Source of the DNA: Alphaproteobacteria bacterium
Lineage (GTDB): Bacteria; Pseudomonadota; Alphaproteobacteria; JACAEB01
Assembly (NCBI GenBank): GCA_024236075.1
Contig: JACKLE010000008.1
Coordinates: 26,516 to 90,515, forward strand
DNA: 64,000 nucleotides
Direction: 5' to 3'
The translations under genes were made by a program, and so were the position numbers. How positions within the stretch are numbered: the stretch's first letter is position 1; every line of letters begins with the position of its first letter. Below, piece by piece: positions 8,812-17,833 of this stretch. The notes under the pieces were generated by a model, which did no database searches, was not told the DNA's origin, and worked only from the letters and a program-made list of their open reading frames with translations.

Positions 8812-8945
8812 GGTGCGGCCCTCCCAAGCTCCGACTTCTGTCCGATTCGGAAAATGCGTTCAAATTTATTTCTAATTTGTGAATCTGCGCGCCGAGGGCC
8901 GGCCCGCCGGCCCCAAGGGAGGCGCAAACCCGCGCCGGGCCTGCG

Positions 8946-9683
8946 TCAGGCCGTGCCGGCGCGGAACATGTCGCGCTCGGCCTGGCGGCGCGCTTTCAGA
9001 TGGGAGCTTTCCACGAGCGTTCCGTCGCGCCGGAGCTTGGTCCAGAGCAAGAACGCCTCCGCCGCGCCGTCCCGGTCGCCGGCATTGAGGCGGCGCGCCA
9101 CGCTTGAACGGGCAAAGGCGTTGGGACCGATATTGTAGGCGAGCGCGACCATGGCGCTGAACTCGGCCTTGGTCATCGGCACCTTGACCGCCCGGTGCAC
9201 GGCCGCCTCCATGACGGCGATGTCGTCCTTGAGCAGGCGCTCGGCCTCGGCCAAGGCGATTTCGGTGCCGAGCGGCGCGTCGGTGCGATGGCCATAGCCG
9301 ATGAGCGTGCACCCCCCTGGGCCCGTGAAGGCGACGAGGCTTAGCCCCTCCTGCTCCTTGATGAACGCGATCACCTCCGCGCTCGTGCCGAGCGGGGAGC
9401 GATCGACCGCCGGCGGCTCGGCCTTCGCGCCCCGCAGGACGGTGAGCGGCGACGGCCCGAGCGCGGCCCTCAGCAGGGGAAGGACGGGGGCTTTCGAGTG
9501 CTCCGGAACGGGAGCCGCCGCGAAGGCCGGCCGGAGGGCGCCGCCCTCGAGGCCCGTGATCCCGGAAGATGGGAGGCCGACGAGCATGGCCCCGGCCATG
9601 ACGGCGACGACCCGCGCGAGCGCCGCGCGGGAATATCGGGACGGGGGCTTGCCGGCTGCGGACATGCGCCTACTCCGGGCCAT
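8946..9683 (-). CDS. membrane-anchored GH24 (phage-type) lysozyme-like protein
   Basis: N-terminal anchor ALARVVAVMAGAMLVGL, a linker of about 90 aa, then IAFIKEQEGLSLVAF...CTLIGYGH...AEAERLLKDDI...MTKAEFSAMVALAYNIG, as in GH24. An alternative start at 9665 has a better SD (GGAG). Confidence 0.8.
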   Translation of the reverse strand: MARSRRMSAAGKPPSRYSRAALARVVAVMAGAMLVGLPSSGITGLEGGALRPAFAAAPVPEHSKAPVLPLLRAALGPSPLTVLRGAKAEPPAVDRSPLGTSAEVIAFIKEQEGLSLVAFTGPGGCTLIGYGHRTDAPLGTEIALAEAERLLKDDIAVMEAAVHRAVKVPMTKAEFSAMVALAYNIGPNAFARSSVARRLNAGDRDGAAEAFLLWTKLRRDGTLVESSHLKARRQAERDMFRAGTA

Positions 9684-10060
9684 TGAGAATCGGTACTTGA
9701 GAACGCAACCGGAAGGCCAAGGGTTCCCGCGAGCCGCCGCCTACCGCGCCTTGGCTCGCCTTGTGTAGTTCGCAGGCCTCAAAGACTTCTTTACAGAAAC
9801 GTAAGGAAGCCCTTAGCGCCGGGGAACCGGCCATTACCAATTCGAAGCCGCCAATTCCCTGACAAAGTGCGCGGCTTTTCTCGCCCTTCACTCGCGGGCA
9901 ACGCCGAACCGGGCGCGAGTACATGCCGCGCGCCGCAGCCAAATGCAAGCGGCAAAATTGTCTCACATCTATGCGAGTCGCGGGCCGGCGCGTTGGATGC
10001 CTGCCCGACGAGTCGTTATCTTGTCGGATAGTTGGGGGCCGAGCGCGGCACGGAAGGCAC

Positions 10061-12208
10061 ATGGGACCGAAGGCCAATCCGCGCGGAGCGCCCCTTCGCG
10101 CGACGCTCCTGAAGCTGCTGGCGGCGTTGGGAATGCTCGTCTCGGCGGGCATGGCCGAAGCCGCGCCCGTGCGCACGGGTCATGTGACGGCCGAGCTCCT
10201 GTCGGACCGCACGGTGCTCGCGCCCGGCGGGGAGGCCTATCTTGTCCTCCATCAGGCGATCGATCCTCGCTGGCATACCTGTTAAACAGCCAGGCGATTC
10301 CGGCGTCGACGCATCTCCTTCGACCTGCCGCCAGGGCTCTCGGCCGGCGAGATCCGATGGCCAGCGCCAGCTCATCTCCATCAGGTCCGCTGGTCGATTA
10401 CGGCTACGAGGCGACGTTTTTCCTCTTCGTGCCCGTCACCGTGGCGCCAGACGCCACAGGGGACCTCGCAACGGTCACAGCGCTGGCAACCTGGCTCGTC
10501 TGCGAGGGGAGATATGCGTGCCCGAGGAGGACGCGCCTCTCGCTCGACCTCGCCATCGGTCCGGCGGCGATCGCCGATCGAATGGGCGCCCGCGAAAGCC
10601 GGCTCGCGGCGGATCACCACCCCATCCCGCGCCTTGGCCGGAAATCGCTACGCGGTCGCGGACAGACCGCGATCTTCTGGCTCGACGCGCCTGAGGCTCA
10701 GCGCGGCAGCGTTGACCTCGCCTTCTTCGCCGAGACGGAAGGGGCTCATCGACCTGGATCCCCCGCGTGGCGGTGAGGCCGAAAAGGATTAAACTTGCCG
10801 TGAAGGCCAGCCCGCAACCGCTGGATCTGCGAACAGGCGCGACGCCGGCGCGCAGGCTCCTCTCGTCCTGACCAAACTGTCGGGGACGGCATGGAGGTGC
10901 GCCGGGCGTTCAGGATCCGCCGCCGCGCCGCCCGGCGAAGCGCTGCCCGCCGGCTATGGCGAGCCCAGGACGTCCCGCTCCGGTCTCGCGCCGCCGCCGC
11001 GCTCGCCCTGGCGCTGGGCCCCGCCTTCCTCGGCGGCCTCATCCTCAATCTGATGCCGTGCGTCTTCCCCGTCCCTCTTTCTGAAGGGGCTCGCGCTGCT
11101 TGGCCATGCGCGCGGCGAGCGCAACGCGCGGCGGCGCCACGGGCTCGTCTTCACGGCCGGGTTCTCGCGACCTTTCTCGCCGTCGCGGGGCAGCTCCTCG
11201 CGCACGCGCGGCCGGCGCAGGCGTCGGCTGGGGAATCGAAACGCAATCCGCGCCCGTGGTCGCGGCGCTCTTGCTGCTCATGCCATCGCTCAATCTCTCG
11301 GGCCTCTACTCCGTAGGCGGGCCTTTCGCGGGCGCGGGCGACCGTTTCGCGCGGGCACCCAGCTTCGCCAGCAGCTTCTTCACCGGCGCGCTCGCGGTGG
11401 TCGTCGCGACGCCGTGCACGCGTTCATAGCGCGGCGATCAGGCAACGATCGCGGCGCCGCGCCAGCACGCTCCGCACTCATCTTCGCGAGCCTCGGCCTC
11501 GGCCTCGCAGCGCCCTATCTCGCGCTCTCCCCTCGCGCCGGGCCTCCCCTCAGCGCGCTGCCCAAGCCCGGGCCCTGGATGGAAGAGGCTGAGCGGAGTT
11601 CTCGCGATTCCCATGTACGCGACGCGGCAGCGGCCTGGCTCGTCTGGGTCCTCAGCCAGCAGACGGATGGAAAGGGCCTCAGGCTCCTTTCGCGGCCGCG
11701 CTCAGCCTTTGCCGCCGCGGCCTGGCACTCAGGGCCTCGCAGGCGCGCGGCGGCAGGACGCGATCGCTCGCCAGGAGCGCTCGCCTTCTGGCCTTCCGGC
11801 CTCGTCCTTCTCGTTCCGGCGGCGCCTCCCGCCGCGCGCGCCGCGCCGATACAGCCGAGGGCATCGCCTTCGAGCCCCTATTCGGAGGAGCGTCTCGCGC
11901 AGGCGCGCACGGAAGGCATGCCGGTCTTCGTCAATTTCACGGCCTGGTGCATCACCTGCCTCGTCAATGAGCGCGTCGCCTTCGCCGACGAGGGGCGTGC
12001 GGCGGGCCTTCGCCGATGGCGGCATTCTCTACCTCAAAGGCGACTGGACGCAGCGCGACGAGACGATCGCCAAGGCGCTCGCGCGGTTCGCGCGCCGGCG
12101 TGCTGCTCTATCCTTCGGGGAGGCGGCGAGCCCGCCGTGCTGCGCAGATTCTAACGCCCGCGATCGTTCTCCGAGGCGATCGGGGCGCTTTCGGAAGGCA
12201 AATCGTAA
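10061..12208 (+). pseudogene. DsbD/ScsB-family thiol:disulfide interchange protein, multiply frameshifted as sequenced
   Basis: Signal peptide and N-terminal domain are intact to ...LVLHQAIDPRWHT (10,280). After that, family motifs are scattered over all three frames. They include PGDSG, ISFDLPPGLSAGEIRWPAPAHL, GPLVDYGYE, ICVPEEDAPL, FLGGLILNLMPCVFPV, VVATPCT, PGPWM, WLVWVLSQQ, VFVNFTAWCITC and YLKGDWT. The inferred stop is TAA at 12206-12208. Confidence 0.8.
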
Positions 12209-12230
12209 CGCTCACTGAAAGGAGACAACC

Positions 12231-12872
12231 ATGTTTGCCATGTCCTTGCGTCACCTTCTGCCGGCGGCAGGCGTCGCCCTCGCCGTGTCGCTCTCGGCGC
12301 CAGCGGCAGCCCTCGCCGCGGCGACCGGCGCTCCAGCGCCCGATTTCGCAGTCGTCGACACCAGGGGCGTCGCGCACTGGCCTCGGCAGTGTACGGCGGC
12401 CGGCTTAAGACCGTCGTGGCGTCCTCAGATGGACCGAACCACGAGTGCCCCTATGTCGACACTACGATCCCTCGCGCGAAGGCCATGCAGACCCTCCAGA
12501 AGAGACGACGGACGAGGAGCATCGTCTCACGAAAACTCCAGCGTCGTTTCGTCCGCGCCCGGAAAGCAGGGCTATGTATTGTCGCCGAGAAGGCCGACGA
12601 AACGACCTCCGCGCGCCGCCGCTCCGACGGGCGTCGTCCTCTCGACCCGACGGTACGCTCGGCCGTCTACGACGCCAAGACCACCGAACATGTATGTCGT
12701 CGCCGACGGCAAGCTCCGCCTATCAGGGAGCGATCGATTCCATCAAGTCGGCCAAGAGTCGCCGATCTCGACGCCGCGACGAACTATGTGCGCGTCGCGC
12801 TCGACGAACTCAAGGCGGGCAAGGCCGTATCGACACCACAGACGGAGCCTTGGCTACAGCGTGAAATATTGA
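12231..12872 (+). pseudogene. periplasmic thioredoxin/redoxin-family protein, multiply frameshifted as sequenced
   Basis: AAGGAG RBS and signal peptide MFAMSLRHLLPAAGVALAVSLSAPAAALA, then GAPAPDFAVVDTRGVAH. Motifs NHECPYV, AMQTLQK, PGKQGY, AKTT.H, DGKL, GAIDSIKSAK, ATNYVRVALDELKAGKAVS and GYSVKY-stop lie in different frames. Confidence 0.75.
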
Positions 12873-12896
12873 CCGGGATCCTCGGAAGAGCGCGGC

Positions 12897-13460
12897 ATGG
12901 GCGCGCAACACTGCTTAAGGGCGGGCTGGGGCTGGGTCGCGAAGCTCCTGCACTGGACGATCGCGCTCGCGGTCCTCCGGGATGATCGCGTTCGGCTTCT
13001 ACATCGACGAGCTGCGCGAGGCCGGCGAGCTGACCTCGCGACGATCTTCCGGCCTCTTCGCGACCCTTAAATCCGTCGGGCTCACGATCCTTGCGCTGAT
13101 GATCCTGCGCCTCGCGCAGCACCTCTCCGGTCCGTGCCGGCGGCGCTCCCGGGCATGCCCGCCTGGGAGCGGAGGCCGCAGCAGTCAGCACGCATTGGCT
13201 TTGTACCTGGCCCTTCTCGCCATGCCCCTGTCCGGCTACGTCGTCCACGGGCTTTCCCTTCCAACTCTGACTTCTTCGGCCTGTTTGCGATCGAAGCTCT
13301 TCCACGCGGACGAGCGACGCGCAACCTCGCCTCGGCAGTGCATGCGGCGTTGGCGTGGACCGTTCTCCTTCGTCGCGCTCCATGCGGCGGCACGACCTGC
13401 GCCACCAGCGCTGGCGCGACCGCACGCTCGTGCGCACATGCCGCCTTCACCGGGCGCTGA
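12897..13460 (+). pseudogene. cytochrome b561 (CybB) family protein, frameshifted as sequenced
   Basis: KLLHWTIALAVL, MIAFGFYIDE, LKSVGLTILALMILRL, ALYLALLAMPLSGY and HAALAWTVLL lie in at least three frames. The boundaries are approximate. Confidence 0.7.
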
Positions 13461-13473
13461 ACGGAGGATTTCA

Positions 13474-14049
13474 TAGCACGCAGACCTGATCTGCGCCGCG
13501 CTCGTCGCCAGGCTCGCCGCGGGAGGCGCGCAGGCGCAGAGCCTCAGACTGGGCGGTGCGGCCGGCCAGCTCGATCCGCCTTTCGGTCTCCGGCAATTTC
13601 TTCCGGCGAGTCGACTGCCGTCGAGGGCAGCTTTCCGGCTTCACGGCCGGATCGCCCCTTCGACTGATGCGCCCAGGATTCAGCCACGCCGTCGTCGGGA
13701 TCGACGCGTCAAGCTCGAGCTTAATTTACGAGGATGTCGGCCGCCGGGCGCGCCCAAGCCGAAATATTTCGGTACCGCCGCGCACAAGACCATCCGCTTC
13801 GAGAGCATCTCCCTGGCGGCCAACGCTTGACGGCACCCTGTTCGCCACCAGCGAGCTCACGCTCAAGGGCGTGACCAAGGAGGTGAGCTTTCCTCCCGCG
13901 TCGGCGTCGAGGACAAGGTCGCGACGATGGATGGAAGCCTCGTGCTCGGTGGCTCGAATTTCGCCATCGGCGACAAGCCGGACAGGAAGTCGAGCGCCTG
14001 TCCGAGACGCCCGTCGCGTGACGCTGCACCTCGTGGCGGATCGAAATAG
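13474..14049 (+). pseudogene. YceI-family periplasmic protein, frameshifted as sequenced
   Basis: GGAGGA RBS at 13464-13469. Fragments include a signal-like ICAALVARLAAGGAQAQ, IDASS, TIRFESISL, ELTLKGVTKEVSFP, NFAIGDK and VTLHLVADR in shifting frames. Both the start and the end are approximate. Confidence 0.6.
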
Positions 14050-14053
14050 GCGG

Positions 14054-14091
14054 CAAAAACAAAGAAGCGGGCCGGGAATGACCCGGCCCGC
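14054..14091 (-). terminator. intrinsic terminator of the TonB-dependent receptor gene (hairpin also usable from the + strand)
   Basis: Stem GCGGGCCGGG (14067-14076), loop AATGA, stem CCCGGCCCGC (14082-14091). On the minus strand it is followed by TTCTTTGTTTTTG. Confidence 0.6.
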
Positions 14092-14121
14092 CAAGCCGCG
14101 CCCTCCCGGGCGATGCGGATA

Positions 14122-16536
14122 TCAGAACTCAGCGCGCAGGCCGATGCCGAGAACGCGCAGCTCGCCGAAGCTGTTGAAGGTCTGCGTCAGACGGACCCGT
14201 GCCGGAGCCCACACAGCAGCGCGTCGAAGACGTCTGGTGATAGTCCTCGTTGGTGAGTTGCGCCCCAGAGCTCAGGCTCACCTTGCCGTCATAGGCGAGG
14301 AAGCCGACCCGGCGGGGACGGTGAAGCCCTTCTGCTCCTTCTCGGTGTCGAGGTCGGAGCCGGTGTTGTAGCCGGACGAATAGCGGCCATCGAGATGGAC
14401 CAGGCCCGAGAGCCCCGTGTTCCACAAGGGGAACTTGTAGGAGACGGCGGCCGTCAGCACCCAGAGCGGAGCGTTCGTGAGCTGACGGTCCTTGAGCGGC
14501 TGGGCGACCGAAGAGGTGCCGAGATCGTCGCCGTATTTGGTGTCGGCATAGGTGACGCCGCCGAGGAGGACGAGCCCGTCCGTCGGCCGGCCGATGGCCT
14601 CGATCTCGACGCCCGTCGAGGTCGCCTCCTCGAGGTTCTGCACCACGAAGTTGACGCCGTTGAAGGTGTTGAGCTGGAAGTCGCTGAAGTCCTCGTAGAA
14701 GAGCGCCGTGTTGATCGTCAGCTCGTTGTTGAAGAAGCTGTTCTTCGAGCCGATCTCATAGGCGTCCACGAATTCCGGCTTGAAGGCGAGATCGGTGGCT
14801 TCCGCGGTCGCGCCGGTCAGCGGGTTGTCGAGGCCGGCATTGTCGAGATTGTAGCCGCCGCCCTTGTAGCCGCGGCCATAGCTGCCATAGACGAGCCAGT
14901 TCGGCGTGACGTCGTAGGCAAGGCCGATCGTGCCGGACCATTCGCGCTCCGTATTCTCGTCGGTGTAGATGCCCGGCGTATTGAAGGAGGGCGCGTTGCC
15001 GTTGTGGAAGGAGTTGAAGAAGGGAATGCAGATGTTCCCAATGACCGCCATTGCGGTCGCATTGCCCATGAGAACCTGAGAATAGGCCGCGAGGCACGCC
15101 GGGTTGTTGTTGTAGACCGACGCGTCGAGCTCCTTCGTCTCCGAGGTGTACCGCACGCCGGCGATGAGATCGAGCCGATCGGTGATCGCGAACACGTCGT
15201 GCGTGAAGAGCGCCCAGCTGTCCGCATCCTGATCGAAGTGGTTGCGGACCCCGCCTCCGCCGGTGGTGAAGTTCATGCCCAGGGGGATGCCGGTCGCCGT
15301 CGCCAGCGCGCCCATCAGAAGCGTGTCGAGATACACTTCGAAATCCGCGCCGGTCTTGATGGCGTCGTTGAGCTCGAGCGTCTCGGAGGAAACGAACGCG
15401 CCCACGAGCCAGTCGAGGCGGTCCCATTTGCCGGCGAGGCGCAGCTCCTGCGTGAAGGTCTTGAAGTGCGTCGTGTAGCCGTCCTCGTCGCGGTAGAGGA
15501 TGTCGGCGCCCGAGAAGTCGATGTCCTGGCTGCGCTTGGCATCCCAGTCGCGATAGGCGGTGATCGAGGTCAGCGTTCCAAAGCCGAGGTCCCAATTGGC
15601 CTCGCCCGAGAGGCCCCACTCGGTCACGTCCTGCTGATAGCCGCGGCCGGGCGTCACGGCGGTCTGCCGCACGAAGATGCCCGAGCGCTGCACGATGCCG
15701 TCGTGCCCGTGCGAGCCCGCGAGGCCGTCGATGATCGGGACGGTCGCGCCATAGGTGCTCGTCACCGAGGCGCAGCAATTCTCCTCGCGATCGGAGAAGT
15801 CGGCGATGAAGCGCAGCGAGAAATCCGCCGTCGGCTCGTATTGGAGCTGGCCCCTGACGAGATAGCGGCTGCGGTCGTTGAAGCGCCGGCTCGAGTTCAC
15901 GTCCTCGATGTAGCCGTCGCGCTCGTGATAGACCACGTCGAGCTTGCCGCCGAGGATGTCCGTGACGAGGGGAGCGGTGATGCCGGCCGCGGCCCGGAAC
16001 TCGTCGTACTCGAACCCGTAAGAGACTTCGCCGTAGCCGGAGCTTTCGCTGAGGCTCGGCTTCTTGGTGACGATGTTGATGAGCCCCGCCGAGGTGTTCC
16101 GCCCAAAGAGCGTTCCCTGCGGGCCGCGAAGGATCTCGATGCGCTCCACGTCGCCGAGCTCGGTGAGGCCGACATTGGTGCGGTTGCGGTAGACGCCGTC
16201 GATGAAGATGCCGACCGCGGATTCGAGGCCGGGATTGTCGCCCGTCGTGCCGATGCCGCGAACGCGCGCCACGGCGCCCGCCGCTTCCGAGGCCGAGCTG
16301 GTGAGGACAAGGGAAGGCGCGAGCGCGACGAGCTCGCGAATGTCGCGAACGCCCGCGTTCATGAGCGTCGTGGAGTCGAAGGCCGAAACGGCGATCGGCA
16401 CGTCCTGCAGGGACTGCTCGCGCTTTTGGGCCGTGACGATGATCTCGTCGACGGCAAGGGCGGGGGCGATGCCGAGAAGGGCCGTCGCGGCGACGGTGGT
16501 CAGAAGAAGGCGGCCTGCCGGGCGCGTGTCACGCAT
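14122..16536 (-). pseudogene. TonB-dependent receptor, intact for about 740 codons, 3' end frame-disrupted as sequenced
   Basis: The ATG at 16536 has a GAGGAGAG RBS. Signal peptide is MRDTRPAGRLLLTTVAATALLGIAPALA. Plug motifs are EIIVTAQKREQSLQDVPIAVSAF and IEILRGPQGTLFGRNTSAGLINIV. The main frame stops at 14278. The canonical ending TQTFNSFGELRVLGIGLRAEF-TGA (stop 14122-14124) is reached only through two frame changes. Confidence 0.85.
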
Positions 16537-17054
16537 GTTTCTCTCCTCGCTCGGCGGGCGACTTCGCGCCGCTCCGCCGTGTTGCCTTGCCTGTCGCGCC
16601 GCCTCGCGGCGCGACGGGGGACCTCGACCGAGGAGATCGTCTTTACGGACGGCCCGGGACCGGGTCGTACGGGCGTGGCTCACGTCCGCGCGACCCGGTC
16701 CCTTGACGGGCATCGGCAGCCAATATTTCGGGGGCTGCACCCTCACTCCCCAGACTCGTTTTCGCGTGCGCTGCGCCCGCTTTTCGTGCCGCCGCGCCTC
16801 AACTAGGCACCATGGCAATTACCGGGGCATCGCATGTTCAACGGAGGTCCCCTCCGCTGGACCCCGAGTATAGAAATCGCATCCTGGGCCGCGAGAGCTT
16901 GCTGCATAGCAACCATGCGATAGCCGCAGGTCTGTGGCGGTGAGGCCACGCCCGGGACGGCACGGGAAAAACACGGCTGGTTTCTGGGAAATTTACCTGC
17001 TGTAGCTTTTTCGTCACATCACGTTAGGTCAAGGCGCTACAGATCGCGGCTGTT

Positions 17055-17096
17055 GTTGAAAAGCAACGCAAATATTGGGTGCGCCGCAATATTTGC
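17055..17096 (-). terminator. probable terminator of bioFD
   Basis: Perfect 10-bp inverted repeat GCAAATATTG (17068-17077) / CAATATTTGC (17087-17096) with a 9-nt loop. It lies 36 nt past the bioD stop and is followed on the minus strand by GTTGCTTTTCAAC. Confidence 0.4.
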
Positions 17097-17131
17097 GCCG
17101 CACAAATTCTCGCATGTACAGCCTGGGTGTA

Positions 17132-17833
17132 TTACGTCCTTGGCTGCGCGAAAAACGCGTGCTCGAGAAATGTCCGCGAAAGCTCCTCGATGACGGGGGC
17201 GTCAGGGCCGGCGCCGCGCGGCAGCGCGCGCACCGGCACCCCCTCCAGCGCATCCGCGAAGCTCGCGGCGGTTTCCGTCAGCGGGACGTCCGATCCCGGG
17301 CTTTCGTTCACGACGAGCGCGGCGAGGCGCAGGCCCGCGCCGGCGAGGCAGCGCGCCGCCGTGAGGCCGTGGCTCAGCGCGCCGAGATAGGAGCCCGCGA
17401 CGAGCAGGCAGGGCAGGCCGAGCGCGGCCATGAGGTCGAGCGTCGTCTCGCGCGCGTTCAGCGGCACCATCACGCCGCCCGCGCCCTCGACGATGCAGAG
17501 GCGCCCGGGCGAGAGGCGCGCGCGCGAGGCCGCCGCGAGCTCCGCGACGGTCAGCGCCCGGCCCTCGCGGGCGGCCGCCATGTGCGGCGAAAGCGGCGCG
17601 CGGAAGCGGAACGGCGCGAGGCGCTCGAGGGCCGCCGCGTCGAGGGGCGTCCCGAGGGCCGCCGCAAGCTTTGCCGGGTCGCTCTCCTCCGGGGCGGCGG
17701 GGTCGAAGCCGGTGAGGATCGGCTTCAGCGCATCGACCTGCGTTCCGGCCGCGCGGAGCGCCTCGACGAGGCGGCAGGCGAGGTAGGTCTTGCCGATATC
17801 GGTTCCCGAGCCCGTGACGAAGACGCCCTTCAT
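17132..17833 (-). CDS. bioD: dethiobiotin synthase
   Basis: MKGVFVTGSGTDIGKTYL P-loop and IVEGAGG motif. 4-nt overlap with bioF. Confidence 0.9.
   Translation of the reverse strand: MKGVFVTGSGTDIGKTYLACRLVEALRAAGTQVDALKPILTGFDPAAPEESDPAKLAAALGTPLDAAALERLAPFRFRAPLSPHMAAAREGRALTVAELAAASRARLSPGRLCIVEGAGGVMVPLNARETTLDLMAALGLPCLLVAGSYLGALSHGLTAARCLAGAGLRLAALVVNESPGSDVPLTETAASFADALEGVPVRALPRGAGPDAPVIEELSRTFLEHAFFAQPRT

Noticed and set aside
8150-9683. Prophage lysis cassette (endolysin plus holin/spanin-like small membrane proteins).
   Set aside because: There are no phage structural, terminase, integrase or repressor genes, and no att-like repeats nearby. The genes are separated by their own terminators and promoters. 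The lysozyme has a long linker and a non-canonical active site.
16803-16835. Mini-ORF MRCPGNCHGA (Cys/His-rich) in the TonB-receptor leader, considered as a possible leader peptide.
   Set aside because: The only GGAGG lies 15 nt from the ATG and is itself sequestered in a GGAGG-GGA-CCTCC hairpin. Ten codons in GC-rich DNA is well within chance, and there is no supporting evidence.
16537-17010. Cobalamin or TPP riboswitch upstream of the TonB-dependent receptor.
   Set aside because: Only fragmentary resemblance: GACCTGC as part of a B12-box, and ACTCGGGGT / TTGAAC / GGTAAT as in THI elements. The core elements (GGGAA..GGTG, GCCACTG, CUGAGA) are missing. It is kept only as an unassigned structured leader.
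17068-17096. Perfect 10-bp inverted repeat GCAAATATTG-N9-CAATATTTGC, considered as a biotin-operon operator (BioR/BirA type).
   Set aside because: It lies downstream of bioD, not in the bioF-bioA divergent promoter region. It does not match the TTATMKATAA BioR box as I recall it. On the transcribed strand it is followed by a T-rich tract, so a terminator is the simpler explanation.
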